Positions 63,622 to 64,000 of a DNA stretch of 64,000 nt are shown piece after piece. The notes beneath the pieces were generated by a model. The model ran no database searches, was not told the DNA's origin, and was given only the letters and a program-made list of their open reading frames with translations. A program made the position numbers and the translations under genes. This DNA is from Pristiophorus japonicus (lineage: Eukaryota): NCBI RefSeq assembly GCF_044704955.1, contig NC_091983.1, positions 66,712,001 to 66,776,000 of the forward strand, read 5' to 3'. The number at the start of each line of letters is the position of its first letter. Position 1 is the stretch's first letter.

Positions 63622-64000
63622 GGGCTCAATTTTGCTCAACCCCTTTTTTCGGTGCAATTACCTTAATTGTGCCAACTTTGCGCGCTGGAAATGGCGCCGG
63701 AAAAAAGTCTCCCCATCCTGGCCGCTTTTCCGAGTTTTGCTCTAAGAGATGGTGCTTGCTCCACTCATTATTGAATACAACAAAAGGAGGAAGTGTGGAA
63801 AGAGTTGGTCCAGTAGCAAGTCCGATTGTAACATCATCAGCCTGATATCTTCCTTTATCAAGAATAACCTACGTATGACCCTCTTAGTTGCAAAGGCATG
63901 CAGTCGTACATTGTGCAGTGGGGGGCGGAGCAACAGGCCAGCGCTGAAACCAGTGCCGGCACCTGCGCGCATGCGCAGTGATGTCAGTCCGATGTGCGCA
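63622..64000 (-). mobile_element. Harbinger-type MITE (53818 family, reversed) with ~180-bp filler; runs off the window
   Basis: gggctcaattttg start; colinear with the reverse complement of 54680-54890 except 63737-63917. Confidence 0.7.

Overview
Eukaryotic, repeat-dense vertebrate DNA. The CR1/L2/RTE LINEs, tRNA-SINEs and GC-rich MITEs look cartilaginous-fish (shark); this is an inference from repeat style. The whole window lies inside one minus-strand gene, NBAS (neuroblastoma amplified sequence, Sec39-like). I found nine internal coding exons (42057-42146, 38366-38519, 32599-32784, 31144-31317, 30238-30371, 27723-27785, 14781-14903, 10684-10786, 2792-3009), all with GT-AG boundaries and matching phases, splicing to 1245 nt of open frame. 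The introns are mostly decayed or nested transposons: CR1 fragments, L2 3' ends, a near full-length RTE, a bipartite RTE derivative, a twin-primed RTE, an RTEX-like LINE with a 74-bp direct repeat, about 17 PIF/Harbinger-type non-autonomous elements (two with Myb/SANT remnants), Tc1/mariner-type MITEs, two G-rich minisatellites and a 200-N gap. The most unusual pattern is one Harbinger-type MITE family whose copies share ends but carry copy-specific filler DNA or tandem arrays inside. I found no evidence for a novel protein-coding system; the long low-complexity ORFs are repeat artefacts.
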